A stretch of DNA of 64,000 bases from the NCBI RefSeq assembly GCF_009914755.1, contig NC_060945.1. One strand, given 5' to 3'. The notes beneath the pieces were generated by a model. That model was given only the letters and a program-made list of their open reading frames with translations. It made no database searches and was not told where the DNA came from. This document shows positions 1 through 13,717 of the stretch, one piece after another (within the stretch, counting starts at the first letter, position 1; every line of letters begins with the position of its first letter). The stretch comes from the human T2T-CHM13v2.0 reference genome, Homo sapiens. Made by a program: the position numbers and the translations under genes.

Positions 1-87
1 GAAAGATTCACATACTTGTTTTGGCTCTTTTCGATGGGAGCCTCTGATTGCCGCTATTTCTAGTTGGCCATCTTGGTCCCCTGCCCC
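1..87 (-). mobile_element. 5' terminus of a LINE-1 (older L1PA/L1PREC-type 5'UTR); element continues left of the window
   Basis: Minus strand reads GGGGCAGGGGACCAAGATGGCCAACTAGAAATAGCGGCAATCAGAGGCTCCCATCGAAAAG, the L1 5' start with the YY1 motif CAAGATGGCC at 66-75. Confidence 0.8.
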
Positions 88-422
88 TGCCATATGACAC
101 ACTTAACTGTAATGCCGTTAGCACACGGAGCCTTAGATAAGCTTGGTTATCAAGAACCCAGACATTTCATGGATAAGGTTCAGTTTTAATCTACTAGGGA
201 AGCCACTATTTAGTTGCTCAGAAGTGAGCTCAGCAGAAGTGTTTGGTGCATGAAATTGGAATCTAGAATCAAAGAGAATAAGAGGGATGATAGATATTTG
301 TTATAGCCTTGGTAGCAACTAAAGCAGCAGAGACTCCAGATCCTCACATTAATGTTCCTTTTACTACATTTCACAGAAATTGTGAACAGTAATGTTATTA
401 ATAAACAAGTTAAACTAAGCAT

Positions 423-869
423 TGTAGGGGAGGAAATGTAAGGATGTCTTGGACCCCAGTCAGAGCCGCTTCACTGAGCTGTCGTGCCCATTCTCTGCTT
501 GCTTTGATTGCTGGCTGCTAGTGGCACACAGTTGTCTCTATTAGGTTATTGCCCTCACTTAAATAAGAGGTGTTTCATCTGGGAAGTTTTGGCTCCCAGG
601 GCAGCCAGTCATCCAGTGTCCCTCTGACTGGCACAGAGGTACAAAGGCTGGTGGTGTGCCCTCAAAGAAGCTCCAACATTATGGTGCCACTCATGCTCCA
701 ATTGCCCTATGAAACTGGGCCACTTCTTGTCTCTAATTAAGATCTCATTCTTTCTTCATTGTCTAGCCAGTCAATTTCTCTATTCCGCTTCTAAGAATGC
801 TACCTTAAGAATTGCCTTTACAAGAATTCCTCTCTTAGGCTTTCCTTGCAAGGTACCTAACCTGAGTCA
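423..869 (+). mobile_element. Old ERVL solo LTR, LTR16-like
   Basis: TG...CA ends; degenerate LTR16 motifs GGGCAGCCAGTCATCCAGTG...GGTACAAAGGC...CCTCAAAG and 3' end CTCTTAGGCTTTCCTTGCAAGGTACCTAACCTGAGTCA. Confidence 0.6.
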
Positions 870-949
870 ATATTCCTATTCCTAAATCATCTCAGATCCC
901 CTGAGATGCTGGATATCCGAAATTGTCCAAGATCATATAAAGATATGAA

Positions 950-1540
950 AGAAAACTTATCTCAATATTCCAGTATTGGGGCAAAACATTTTGCCCTCAA
1001 AGTTTAGAAATGTTGCCCAACTGTTTTTTGAAATTTATTTCTATAACAAAGACGTCTTACATTAATCTGACTTTTATTTCTCTATGCTTTTCTTTGATTC
1101 AAATTTGCCAGTGTCATCAAGGTATAGAAATTGCTGTTGTTTTTGTTTTGCACTGCTTTGCTTTTATTTTTCTTTGAATATGCATCTACCTTTCTACGTG
1201 CATTCATGAGAGTTTTTGCCTTTTTCCTAGTTCATAAGTATTTTTATTTTAGTTAGTGGAGAATTGGTGTTTATTTTCTAAAATCAACCAAGATTATCTA
1301 TTAATCCTATAATAAGTTATCATTAACTTTCCATTATATCATTACTTATTTCATTTGTGTTTATATGTTCCCTATCTTCTATAGCAAAAATAGTTCAAAG
1401 ATTTTTAAGTTATTACTCCTTCAATTTTATATAGCCTCTATCTTAATCTAAAATAATGTTTAATACATTTTAATTTTCATGACAGTAATTCTGTGTTCTA
1501 CCTATCTTACATAATTCATAGGTATTATATTTTTTAAAAT
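950..1540 (-). mobile_element. Highly decayed ancient L1 (L1M) fragment
   Basis: T-rich sequence with weak resemblance to antisense L1M ORF1 region; boundaries uncertain. Confidence 0.35.
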
Positions 1541-1548
1541 GTAATTAT

Positions 1549-1873
<325 letters not shown>

Positions 1874-2895
1874 TTATTTTATAAGGAGAGGTAAAAATAG
1901 TGTGTTTTTCTTTACATCCTGGGTCTGTGCCAATCTAAGAAAAAAGTAGATACGTTCAGATGGAACTACAATATAAGCATTGACACTGAAAGTGGATTTG
2001 GTAAAGAACATTTAAAATCTGTGGCCAAAGTCCTTGCAAACTCTCCATCTCCAGCAATGCTTACAATACCAGTCTCAATACCAGGATATCACACCTAGGA
2101 AAGTGCACATTTTCAAGCTTCATGTATTTAGCTAGACTTGTTGTTAAACAGGGTAGAACAATAAAACAAGAACATGAATGATTCAGTTAACGCTTGCAAC
2201 TTATAGTAAATTACTTCTACCTAATCGAGAAGAGTTAAGAAATGGATGCCATTCACCAACATGATGAACAGGCACAGCAAAAAGGTGGCAATGTTCCTCA
2301 AGATGTAATCCCTCCACAGGGAAAGTGGAGTTTATGTAAATGAAAATCTCTTGCAGCAATCTTCCTTTATTCATTAATATTGACAAGAAATTTCTAAAAC
2401 TGTCTCTGAAATATTGTGTATATCATGTCTAGACATAATAATTTTAACTTTTCCTTTTTTATAGTTTTTTTCCACTGAGAAGGCCCATGTTTGAAAATTT
2501 TCATATATTTATCTCTGAAAGAAGTTAATTTTACAAGATTCATCATCTAGAAATATATATTCTCTTGTTACAATTTCTGCTTACTTCTCTGGTTTATTAT
2601 GAAACTTGAAAACATAAGTGCATAAACAATCTCCAATGTGCACCACCTGTGGAATTATTCCCTTCCCTAAAATACTTCTTTTTCCCCAAAGTCAGTTTCA
2701 CTGGTCAAGACTATGCATTTCTACTCTCATTCTTCACAATATACCTCTTTGCACTGTATTTTCAGGAAATTGTGCTCTTTGGATTAATGTAGAAAGAAAA
2801 CATGCTAATAACATTAGGAATGCCTCAAAAAGTATAACTATACTCTCCCCATTTTTCTGAAAACATTTGTTTCTTACTCTTTGTAGTGGGTGTTA

Positions 2896-3499
<604 letters not shown>

Positions 3500-3567
3500 T
3501 AGGTTGATTTTTATATTTCTGTTTAAATTATTATGTTTTTTAAATTGGAAAAAAAATGAATCTTAAA

Positions 3568-3608
3568 TACATACATATATATATATATATATATATTTTT
3601 TTTTTTTT
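3568..3608. repeat. Compound (TACA)/(TA)n/poly-T microsatellite
   Basis: TACATACATATATATATATATATATATATTTTTTTTTTTTT seen directly. Confidence 0.9.
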
Positions 3609-5461
3609 AAAGACTCTTCTATGACCACAGAGTCAAGTATAAATCCAGGACTCTGATTGAGGCAATCAAATCCACAGATCTGATTTTAGAAAGCTATGTT
3701 TTAAAATGCCATGTTGTCATCTCTCTTTTCTCTTGTGCTCTCTCATTCTGTCTCTCTCTTTCTCCCATCCACAATTCTATCTTTTGCCTTCCCACTTACC
3801 AACCTATCTATATATTTCGTATCTATCCTTCTATCCATCCAATCAACTGATATATCTATCTTTTATATATGTGTACTTTTTTTCTTGTTTCATACTCAAC
3901 TGATGAAATTGATGGAATAGTTGAGCAATGTAAGTGAAATAATATATTGTCACACACATTTATTGAATGGATATTGTGTTGTGAGAATTATAAGGGTATC
4001 AAAAAAGCCATACACAAAATCTAGAACAGTTGCCTGTGTTTAGAAAAAAAATACATTTCCTAGTAAGTGATCATTTTAAAGAAACGTTTCACACACACCC
4101 AAGAGCAAACTTTCACCCATGCAATGTTTGCTGTATAAGCATATAAAAGTTACCTGTATAACAAATGTTTCCATCAAAGGAGAAGCTCTACCAGCACACT
4201 TGAAATATGATCTATAAAAGTGAAATATACAATACATAGTTATTATATTAGCACTCATAGGAATTAGCACTTATAGGAAGCAAATATACTACAAATTAGA
4301 GTAAATGAAATAAATGTCATCCAGCAAGTAACATCATAAACACTGGTCTGAATGATTTCATATGTCTGGTTAAAGTTTGTTTTCTTTGTGTTGGTTTTAA
4401 CTATAAATCCCAAAATAAATTTGCCTATTACTCACTGATTTTATGGAAATTGTAAGTTGCTTATTTAAGGACATTAAAAATACTCTTTAGCAGTACCCCC
4501 CTTTATTTTTTACTGTGAAGCTGTGTTAATTTCAGAGAAGTTAACATTACCAAAAAAACAACTATTTTAATTAATATAAACATTATTATAGATATGCTAT
4601 ATATCTATATATGTGGTTGCATAATGTGTGTTTTATGTACATACAGATGTGTATATATTTATATACTATATATATATATATATAAAATGCTAACTCTAGC
4701 CTTATAAACCCTTTTAAATTTCAAATAAAAATCATAAGGTATGCCTGATGTCACTTTACATTTTAATTCAGAAAAAAATTATAAAATGAAAAGAAATCCC
4801 TAAAAGAGAAGGAATATCAAGAAGGACTCAATTGCTAAAGTAGGTCAAGGACAATTAAATTGCTTTCTTAATATGTCTGCTTATAATTTGATTATTTCTG
4901 TAAATTATATTTTTACAAAGTTCCTTTGAAAATATTGTTCTTTTGTTTTGATAAGCTTTTAAGACACATTCACACATTTTATTTCCTGTCAGCCATTTTC
5001 TTTCATCATAAAAGTCATTTTGTTAGGGTCTTGATTTAATTATAGACTCTATTCATTAGGGCAACTGACCAACTCAAGAATCCCTACTGCTTTATTCAAT
5101 AGAAGTAGTTCCTGGAGTTTTGTGTTTAATGCACTCCATTTTCCCTAGTTCATAAAGTGTGAAAACTTATATTTTATTCAGTATTTTTCTTGGCTCTCTG
5201 ATTGAATCAGTTTCCAAGGAATGAGACATATGTGTGAGTTATATCTCCTTTACAAATATTCTTTCTTGCAAGGAATTACTTTTTCATTGCCAATATGGGG
5301 ATTGGCTAGGCTAAGTACTCATATATGCCTATTGTGAAAACATGTTTTATTGAATGGCCTTAAATCTTTATGTTTCTTGTTATAAAAATCCGTAAGAAAA
5401 GAATATTGCAAAAGATTTAAAAATTTTTTTAAATGTGTATATTTGTAAGGTTAATTTACAT

Positions 5462-5499
5462 ATTAATTGTTGTCAGTAAAATTAATTGTTGTCAGTAAA
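5462..5499. repeat. Perfect 19-bp tandem duplication
   Basis: ATTAATTGTTGTCAGTAAA twice (5462-5480, 5481-5499). Confidence 0.95.
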
Positions 5500-5960
5500 A
5501 TAATCTTGACACCTAAAGGACTTTTTAATAAACACATTGACAGAGTTGTTTCTTCTGCTATGCAGCCTGTCTTCTGCACCATATTGATTTTAAGGTCCTT
5601 ACGTGTGGAATTTGTTTTGGACAATATTGGATAGAAGGCCCTCGAAGAGTATAATAGGGGTATGTGGTGGGGGAAAATTAGTATTTCACTTTTCTTAATA
5701 GCCATTGTTGAACCATGCACCCAAGCACTACAACAATGGTTCTGTATCCACAGCCCACAATGGGATTCAACCTATGAACTTTGTAGGGGAACAAAAAAGT
5801 TAAATCTTTATGTTCACTAATATATCTAACTGAAATTTAGTACATCTTAGATATATGCAAACAATACAAAGTAGTATTAGAGTGCCTGGCCTATCTTGTT
5901 GCCAATTAAAATTTTGTATATTTTCATATCACATTACCTTGCTGCAGATATACTGAAATA

Positions 5961-6438
5961 TGTTGACTGGAGAATAATTCTCTGGGTGACCTTAGACCAA
6001 CCCGTTTCTCCCCATTTTCTCACTTAGAGTTCTCAAGAATGATTGCAGAATGTGTTGTGAATGCAATGTCCTGAGATAAGAAAGAACTATCTGGAACAGC
6101 CTGGTCTCTTTCCCAGTCCTTCCCTAGAAACAGAATGTCCTTCAATGCTTTAACCCAGTGATCCATGGAACTCTGTGGTTATAAAACCCATTATGTGCTG
6201 GTTTCCAGGGCCTCTTAGCCATGGTGCAATTAAGGTATGCACAGATAAGACTCTGTCTACCCTGGGCAGCTTTCCTGATCCATGGCAGTCTGGCTTACAA
6301 GCAATACTAGGCTTCTATTGTCTCTTTCTGTATATTTGTAAGTAATAAATCTACTTCATATAACTCATTATGTATAGGTGTTCTATCTCATCAAACAAAA
6401 GCAAGTTGGGAACCAGTGCAGAGTGAACCTGCTTCACA
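5961..6438 (+). mobile_element. Solo LTR, LTR47-like (ERVL)
   Basis: TG...CA ends, TATAAAA near 6180, AATAAA near 6344, terminal AACCAGTGCAGAGTGAACCTGCTTCACA. Confidence 0.75.
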
Positions 6439-6630
6439 TTTAAAATCAAAGCTACCACAATATTTTGCTACTTATTAGTCCAGCCTTAAGACTTCATCAT
6501 TTGATGTGTCAGTATGATCACATACATAACTGAATTTTATAATCTCTATAGTTTGACTAATATGTTTCAAAATAATTAAATTTATTTGTAATCCTAAGTA
6601 TTTTATTTTATAAATGTATAAAAATTACAG

Positions 6631-7430
6631 TGAGCACACAGGAAACAAAGGCAAAAATAGGCCAATGAGGCCTCATCAAACTTAAAAGTTTTCATTTGTC
6701 AAAGGATATCACGAACAGAGTAAAAAGAGAGCCCATGAAATGGGAGAAAATATTTGTAAATCACATAGCTGATAAGAGGTTAATATCTAGCATATATAAA
6801 GAACTCCTACAATTCAAGAACAAAAGTTCAAGTAACCCAATTAAAAGTAGGTTAAAAACTTGAATAAACATTTCTCCAAAGATGATATGCAAAGTCCAGC
6901 AAACATGAAAAGATGCTCAGTATCACTAATCATCAGAGAAATTCATTTTTCTGTGAGATATCACCACACATCCATTGGGATAGAAACCATAAAAAACAAA
7001 CAAAACCAGAAAGTAACAAATGTGTTAGCAGGGATATGGACAAGTTGAAACCCTTGTGCATTGTTGGTTGGATTGTAAAATGGTGCAACCTTTATGGAGA
7101 ACAATACTGACTTCCTTCAAAAAATTACAAATACCAATATCATACGATAATCAGCGATCACACTTCTGGGTATTTACCCCCCAAAAAGTGAGGTTCTCAA
7201 AGAGATCTTTGCATATGCATGTTCATAGCAACACTATTTACAGTGTAGATATAGAAAGCATAATAGTTGTTACCAGGGGCTGGGAACAGGGGGAAAGGAA
7301 CTTTGTTGTTTAATCCATACAGAGTTTCAATTCTGCATGATAAAAACATTTTGGAGATCTTAACACTGCTAAACTATACCCTTAAAAGTGGAAAATTGTA
7401 TGATATGTATGTTTTACTTCAGTAAAAATC
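6631..7430 (+). mobile_element. L1MB-like 3' fragment (ORF2 end + 3'UTR, internally deleted)
   Basis: Typical L1 ORF2 3' motifs (AATGGGAGAAAATATTTG, AAAAGATGCTCAGTATCACTAATCATCAG, GTAAAATGGTGCAACC) and L1MB-type tail. Confidence 0.85.
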
Positions 7431-8419
7431 ATATACTGAGAACAAGCCTGTAAGCTTCACTGGATTTTCCCAGTCTTTGGTGTGAAAAGGGTTACAAATC
7501 CCTACACTAGAGGAATATTGGACAAGCCTGATTTGCCCCTTCATACTGATTCTTTCAGAACAAGTTTATTAATTTTTAATCTTCTGAGATGAATCATCAT
7601 ACAATTCCTCAGTTTATGAAAGTATCTCTGCACAGCCTAGCATTTTGAAAGGAAAATAAAATAATAAATAATGTTCCTACCCAACACTTACCTGAATTTA
7701 GTTGAGACTGCCATGTGTACATGTTTGAAAAAGATTTGGGAATAATCAGCAAGAAAACCCTCTCTCTCCTTCCTCAAAAATTATCTACAACTCCTAGTAT
7801 TTTCTTCATAATTTCCAGATTTACATAAAAATTATGAAAATCTAGTTAACTAACATTTAAAGGAGAATAAGATTTTATCTTATAGACAGTAAGTGCCAGA
7901 TATGGAGATAAATGATCTGATTATCTTACTAGAATTGAATTTTTGCGGCTGAGTTTTTGAATAAACCAAGACTTATAATATTCCTGTACCCTATAAAGCA
8001 CATTGACTACTGATTCTTTCCTGCTTCTGAAAAAGGCACAAATTGAGAGGGAAGTTTATATGTTCCATCTCAGATACAAGCAATAACTTTCCATATAAGG
8101 GAGACTGATGGTAATTATCTCCACATCCCTATAGTACTATTATTAATGATAATGGTGACTCAAATTGGAAGCCCTTTGAATATAAGTAAGTGGTTGTAAA
8201 AACTGAAATTTCAACCTGATGAATTCACATGTAATCACTTAAACTTACAGAACTTTCCAAAAGGATGGAACTGGCAATTGCAGTGAATTTATTCAATTGG
8301 ATTTGGCCTTTTGATTTTATGTTTGAGAGCTAAGTTTGTATAGAAGTGTTCATTAAAAGAAAAAGTTACAGAATCATATACTTGAGACATTTTTGGAAAA
8401 ATAATATATAAGCATAAGT

Positions 8420-8600
8420 TGTCTTTTGCCTATTTATTAAAGCCATTCTAGTGTTTGAGAAGTGGTGTTTCTTGTTTTCATGTGCATTTTCATAGTGGAT
8501 AGTGATGTTGGGCATTTTTTATATGATTATTAGCCATATATAATTCTTCTTTGAAGAAAGAGCTATTCAAATCCACTATACTTTTTGATTTATTTTCTTT
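8420..8600 (-). mobile_element. Short L1M ORF2 fragment
   Basis: AGCCATTCTAGTG...TAGTGATGTTGGGCATTTTTT...CTATTCAAATCC antisense L1 pattern. Confidence 0.7.
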
Positions 8601-8745
8601 TACTTTTTTTTAATTGGGGATTTTCTATTCATGTTATGATTTGAAATCATTCAGGACTTTGTTTCTTTTGATGCTTATAATTCTTTAACCATTTCAGAAC
8701 TGACTGATGCATTTATAATGCTACAACAGAATCTTATTAGGTGAC

Positions 8746-8916
8746 TGTATTGTGTATAGGGTGGTCATAACAAAGTACCACAGACTGAGTAGTTTAAACA
8801 GCGGGAATTTATTGTCACAGTTCCAGAGGCTGCAAGTCTGAGATGAAGGTGTAGGGAGGGTTGGTTTCTTCTGAGGCCTCCCTTCTTGGCTTATAGGTGG
8901 CCATCTTGTCCCTGTG
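8746..8916 (-). mobile_element. MLT1 (MaLR) LTR fragment
   Basis: CATAACAAAGTACCACAGACTG...GAATTTATTGTCACAGTTCCAGAGGCTGCAAGTCTGAGAT...TTCTTCTGAGGCCTC. Confidence 0.8.
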
Positions 8917-9740
8917 ATTTATTTTGTTAGTGATTGCTCTAGGAACAACAATATGAACTTCAAATTATAGCATTCAATTTAAGAATAATAGTAGCTTTAA
9001 TTCCTTAAACTATGGAGAATTTGCTTCAATATAGCTCCATTTCATCTTCCTCAACTTTCGGCTATGATTGTCACACACAGGTATATCTCTGAGATATTGA
9101 GGCTTTGGTTGGACACCACTGCAATAAAGCTCTTATCACAATAAAGCATGTCACACCAAGTTTTTTGTTTCTTAGTGCATATCAAAGTTATTTTTACATT
9201 ATAATGTATTCTATTAACTATGCAAGCATTATGTCTGAAACAATCAATGTACATATCATAATTGAAAAATATTTTATTGCTAAAAAATCTCTTTGTGCAG
9301 ACACACAAAGTAAGCACATGCTGTTGGAAAATGGTGTTGATAGACTTGTTCTACACAAGTTTGCCATAAACTTTCAACTTGTGAAAAAAACAAAACACAA
9401 TATCTTTAAAACACAACAAAACAAAGCACAATATGAGTTATGCCTGTGCATTACATCTATATATGTTATAAACTTATTTTTAAAATAATTATTGTATACA
9501 ATTTTATTATTTATAAAGAACTTAAAAGAAGTATATGGACTTTTATATTTACCTAAATATTTGCATTTTTGGTGCTTTCTCTGTATTTGCATATACTTGT
9601 ATTATTACCTGGTGATATTTCCTTTCAGCCTAAAGTTCCCACTTTAATATTTCTGGTAAACAGCTCTGCCAGTGATAAATTATTTCTTTTTTCCTTATCT
9701 GAAAATGTCTTTATTCAATGTCTCTGGACTCAATTATATG
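8917..9740 (-). mobile_element. Ancient L1M fragment (inter-ORF/ORF2 start region) interrupted by a Tigger1 derivative
   Basis: Degenerate antisense L1M sequence on both sides of 9078-9446. Confidence 0.45.
9078..9446 (-). mobile_element. Internally deleted Tigger1 (both termini, no transposase)
   Basis: Starts CAGGTATATCTCTGAGATATTG and ends TATGCCTG (Tigger1 terminal inverted repeats); right-end sequence joins left-end sequence near 9290. Confidence 0.85.
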
Positions 9741-9754
9741 ATTTTTCTCCCCTC

Positions 9755-9793
9755 AGCTTTATTAATAAATAAAAATTGTATATATTTACCATA
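9755..9793 (-). mobile_element. Extreme 3' tip of an L1MA8/9-like element whose body resumes at 13718
   Basis: CTTTATTAATAAATAAAAATTGTATATATTTACCATA matches the antisense L1MA terminus that continues TACAATG...TTTTGAT at 13718. Confidence 0.6.
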
Positions 9794-9983
9794 CAAGTAT
9801 TCTAAATCCATTGTGGTCAGTTCAACAATGTTCACAGTATCTTCCCCAAGAGCAGATTTCACCTTAAGAAACCACTTTCTTTGCTTATCCATAAGAAACA
9901 ACTCTTCATTCGTTCAACTTTTATCATGAAATTGCAGCAATTCAGTCACATCTAGTTCTCTTGCTTTTTCTCCTACATTTAGT
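9794..9983 (-). mobile_element. Tigger1 transposase C-terminal fragment
   Basis: Reverse complement matches Tigger1 GATGTGACTGAATTGCTGCAAT...CTTATGGAT...AAGAAAGTGGTTTCTT...GTGAACATTGTTGAA...GGATTTAGAATA. Confidence 0.85.
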
Positions 9984-12740
9984 ACCCTTTAAGCCAGTTC
10001 TCTTCATCATCCCAGCTCTCACTCATCCTTTCCAATCTCTGTTAAGTATTTCTCCACTCTTAACCTCCATGTGATCAACTAGATTTTAGTTCCCACATAC
10101 TAGTGAGTACTTGCCATATTTGTATTTTTGTGCCTTGTTTATTTTACTAACGATAATGATCTCCAGATCCATCCGTGTTGCTGCAAATGACGATTTCATT
10201 TTTTTATGGCTGAAAAGTATTCCACTGTATATATACACCACATTTTATTCATCCATCCATTGACAAACATATAGGTTGATGCTATATCTTTGCTGTTGTG
10301 AATAGTGCAGCAATAAACATGTGAGTGCTGGTGTCCTTTGATATATTGCTTTATTTTCCTTTGGGTAGATATCCAATAGTGGGATTACTGGATTGAACAA
10401 TAATTTTATCTTTAGGTTTTTTGATAAATCTCCATGCTGTGTTCCACAGTGGCTGTACAAGTTTATATTTATGTGAACAGTGTATAAGCGTTTCTCTTTT
10501 TCCACATCCACACCAACATCTGTTATTGTTTTGCCTTTTTACAATAGTTATTCTGACTGGATTAATAACACATCTCATTATAATTTTGATTTGTGTTTCT
10601 TCATTGATGTTGAAAATTTTCTCATATACCTGCTGTCCATTTGTATGTATTCTTTTGAGAAATACCATTTCATGTCTTGTCTCCAATTTTTAATGAGATT
10701 ATTTATATTTTCCTGTTGAGTTGTTTGAATTCCTCATACATTCTGGATATTAGTCTCCCATTGGATGAATAGTTTGCAAATATTTCTTCCATTCAATAGG
10801 CTGTCACTTTACTCTGTTGATTGTTTCCTTTGCTGTGCAGAAGATTTTTGGCTTAAAATAGTTCCATTTGTCTATTTTGTTTTTGTTGCCTATGATTTTG
10901 GGGTCTGGGTCATAAATTCTTTCCTAGACCAAGGTCCATGATAGTTTGCACTAGGTTTTTTCTTCTAGTAGTTTTATAGTTTTTGGTCTTAAATGTAAGT
11001 TGTTTATCAATTTTGAATTGATTTTTGTGTACGGTAAGAGATAGGGGTCCAGTTTCATTCTTCTCCATGTGACTATCTAATTTTCTCATCACTGTTTATT
11101 AAAGAAGGGTTTATTTCTCCAATGTAAGTTTTTGTCAGCTTTGTCAAGATCAGTTGAGTGTAAATATATGACTTTATTTCTGGGTTCTTTATTCTTTTTA
11201 ATTGGTCTGTGCATCTTTTTACCAATACCATACTATGTTGATTACTATAGCTTTGTAATATATTATGAAGTCAGATAACGTGATGCCAGTTTTGATCTTT
11301 TTCTTAATATTGTTTTGGTTATTGGGGTCTTTTTGCTTCCATATAAATTTTAGAATTTTTTGTAATTCTGTGAAAAATTATGGTATTTTGATGGGGATTT
11401 TATTGAATCTGTAGATTGCTTTGGGCAGTATGGTCATCTTAATTATATTGATACTTCTTATCTATGAGCATGGGATATTTTTCTATTTGTGTCATCTTCA
11501 ATTTCATTCATCCGTTTTTGCAGTTTTCTTTGTGGAGATCTTTCACTTTCTTGGTTAAATTTATTTCTGGGTATTTTACTTTAGTGTAGTTGTTGTAAAT
11601 GGTACTGTCATCTTGATTTCTTTCTTAGCTATATTATTTATGTACAGAAATGCTACTGATTTTTGTAACTAGATTTTGAATCCTGAAACTTTACTGAAGT
11701 CGTTGATTAGGTTCAGGAGTCTTTTGGCAGAAACTTCAGGATTTTCTAGGTACAAAATTATATCATCAGTGAATAAAGATAATTGAACTTCCTTTCCTAT
11801 TTTTCCAATTTGTATGCATTTTATTTATTGCTCTTGCCAATTGTTTTGGCTAGGACTTAGTACTATGATGAATGGGAAAGGTGAAAGTTTGCATCTTTGT
11901 CTTGTTCCAGTTTTTAGCTGGAATGTTTTCATCTTTTTCTGTTCAGTATAATGTTGGTTGTGGGTTTGTTGTATATGACCTTTACTATTTTGAGGCATAT
12001 CCCTTCTGTGTCAAGTTTGTTGAGAGTTTTTGTTTTGAAAGGATGTCAAATTTTATTACATTATTTCTTTGTGTTTACTGAGATAATTATGTGGCTTTTG
12101 GCCTTCATTCTGTTGATGAGATATATCATATTTGTTGATTTGCATATATTGCACCATTCTTGCATCCTTGGTATAAATTCCACTTGATCATGGTGTATTA
12201 TCTTTTTGATGTGTTGTTGGACTCCATTTGATAGTATTTTGTTGATTTTTGTGTTAATGTTCATCAGGGATATTGGCCTATATTTTTCTTTTGTGTGTGT
12301 CCTTGTCTAGTTTTGGTATCAGGATGATACTGGCCTCAAAAACCATGACAGGAAGAAATACTTTTTATTCAGTTTTTGGAACAGTTTCAGGAGGATTGGT
12401 ATACCAGTTCTTTGTACATTTGGGTAGAATTCAGCTGTGAATCCACTTGCTCATGGGTCGTTTTTGTTGCAAGACTTTCTATTACTGATTCAACCTTGCT
12501 ACTTATTTTTGGCTTCTTCAGGTTTTCTATTTCTTTCTGATTCAATCTTGGTAGGTTGTATGTTTCCAGAAATTTACCCATTTCCTCTAGGTTTTTCAGT
12601 TTGTCAGCATATAGTTGTTCACAAAAGTCTCTGATGATCCTTTGTATGTCTGTGGCATCATTTGTAATATCTTCTTTTCATTTCTGATTTTGTTTATTTG
12701 GGTCTTCTGTCTTCATTTCTTGGTAGTCTAGCTATTGGTT
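9984..12740 (-). mobile_element. L1MA4/5-like LINE-1, ~2.75 kb of ORF2 (RT/C-terminal part) + partial 3'UTR
   Basis: Continuous antisense L1; ORF-track fragments are L1 ORF2-like ([39 protein letters not shown]; MGKFLETYNLPRLNQKEIENL); many stops/frameshifts. Confidence 0.93.
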
Positions 12741-13717
12741 CATCTCCCATCAGTTATCTTAACTAATTCATCAGATAATTTGCTGTAGCTTCTACATCAG
12801 CACTTGCTGTTTCATCTTGGGATTTTATGCTGTAGATACAACTGCTTTCCATGAACCTCACTGATCCACCTTTGCCAGCTTCACATTTTTCTTCCACATC
12901 TTCCTAACTTCTCTGAGCCTTCATAGAATTGAAGCAACTTAGTGCCTTGCTCTGGATTAGGCTTGGCTGAATGGAATGTTCTGGATGGTTTCCAGAATCA
13001 TTTATCCAGACCACTAAAGCATTTTTTACTATCAGTAATAAGACTATTTTATTTCCTTATTATTAGTGTGTTCACCGATGGAGCCCTTTTAATTTACTTC
13101 AAAAAATTTTCTTTCTATTCACAATTTGGCTAACTCTTTGGTATGTGATGCCTAAATGTTGTCCTTCCCAGCCTTCCTCGCCAAGCTTAATCATGTTTTC
13201 TTCACATGCTTTCTTCACTCAGTGTAATCATTTTTAGCTTTTAATTTAAAGTGAGAGACATGTGACTCTTGTTTTCACTTGAACACTTAGGAGCCATTGT
13301 AGGATTATTAATTGGCTTAAATTTAATATTGTATTTTTCTCAGGAAATAGGGAGAATTGAAGAGAGAAAGACAGATAAAGACACAACCAGGTGATGGAGC
13401 AGTCAGAACACATATAACATTTATTAATTAATTCACTACCTTACATGGCATGGTTTGTGGTGCCTTAAAACAATTAAATAGTAACATCAAAGATCACTGC
13501 TCACAGATTACTGTAACAGATATGATAATAACAAAAATGTTTGAAATATGGTGAGAATTACTAAAATGTGACAGAGACATGAAGTGAGCACATGCTGTTG
13601 GAACAATGGAGCTGATGGTCTTGTTATACACAGAATTGTCACAAACCTTCAATATGTAAAACACACAATATCTGAGAAGTGCAATAAAGCAAAGCACAAT
13701 AAAATGGGGAATACCTG
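12741..13717 (-). mobile_element. Tigger1 left ~1 kb (terminal repeat + transposase N-terminus, decayed)
   Basis: Matches Tigger1 5' region (GTTCAAGTGAAA, CTCTCACTTTAAA, CCTAATCCAGAGCAAGG, CAGCAAGTGCTGATGTAGAAGC on minus strand); ends ATACCTG followed by TA. Confidence 0.9.

Larger units (their letters stand above)
5733..7503 (+). mobile_element. MER113-like hAT-Charlie DNA transposon split into three pieces (~5733-5960, ~6439-6630, ~7436-7503)
   Basis: Collinear matches to recalled MER113: TCTAACTGAAATTTAG, TTTTCATATCACATTAC...GCAGATAT; TTTGTAATCCTAAGTATTTTATTTT; CTGAGAA...GCTTCAC...AAAAGGGTTA. Confidence 0.65.

Noticed and set aside
9984-12740. Possible functional reverse transcriptase
   Set aside because: L1 ORF2 is fragmented by many stops and frameshifts and is truncated.
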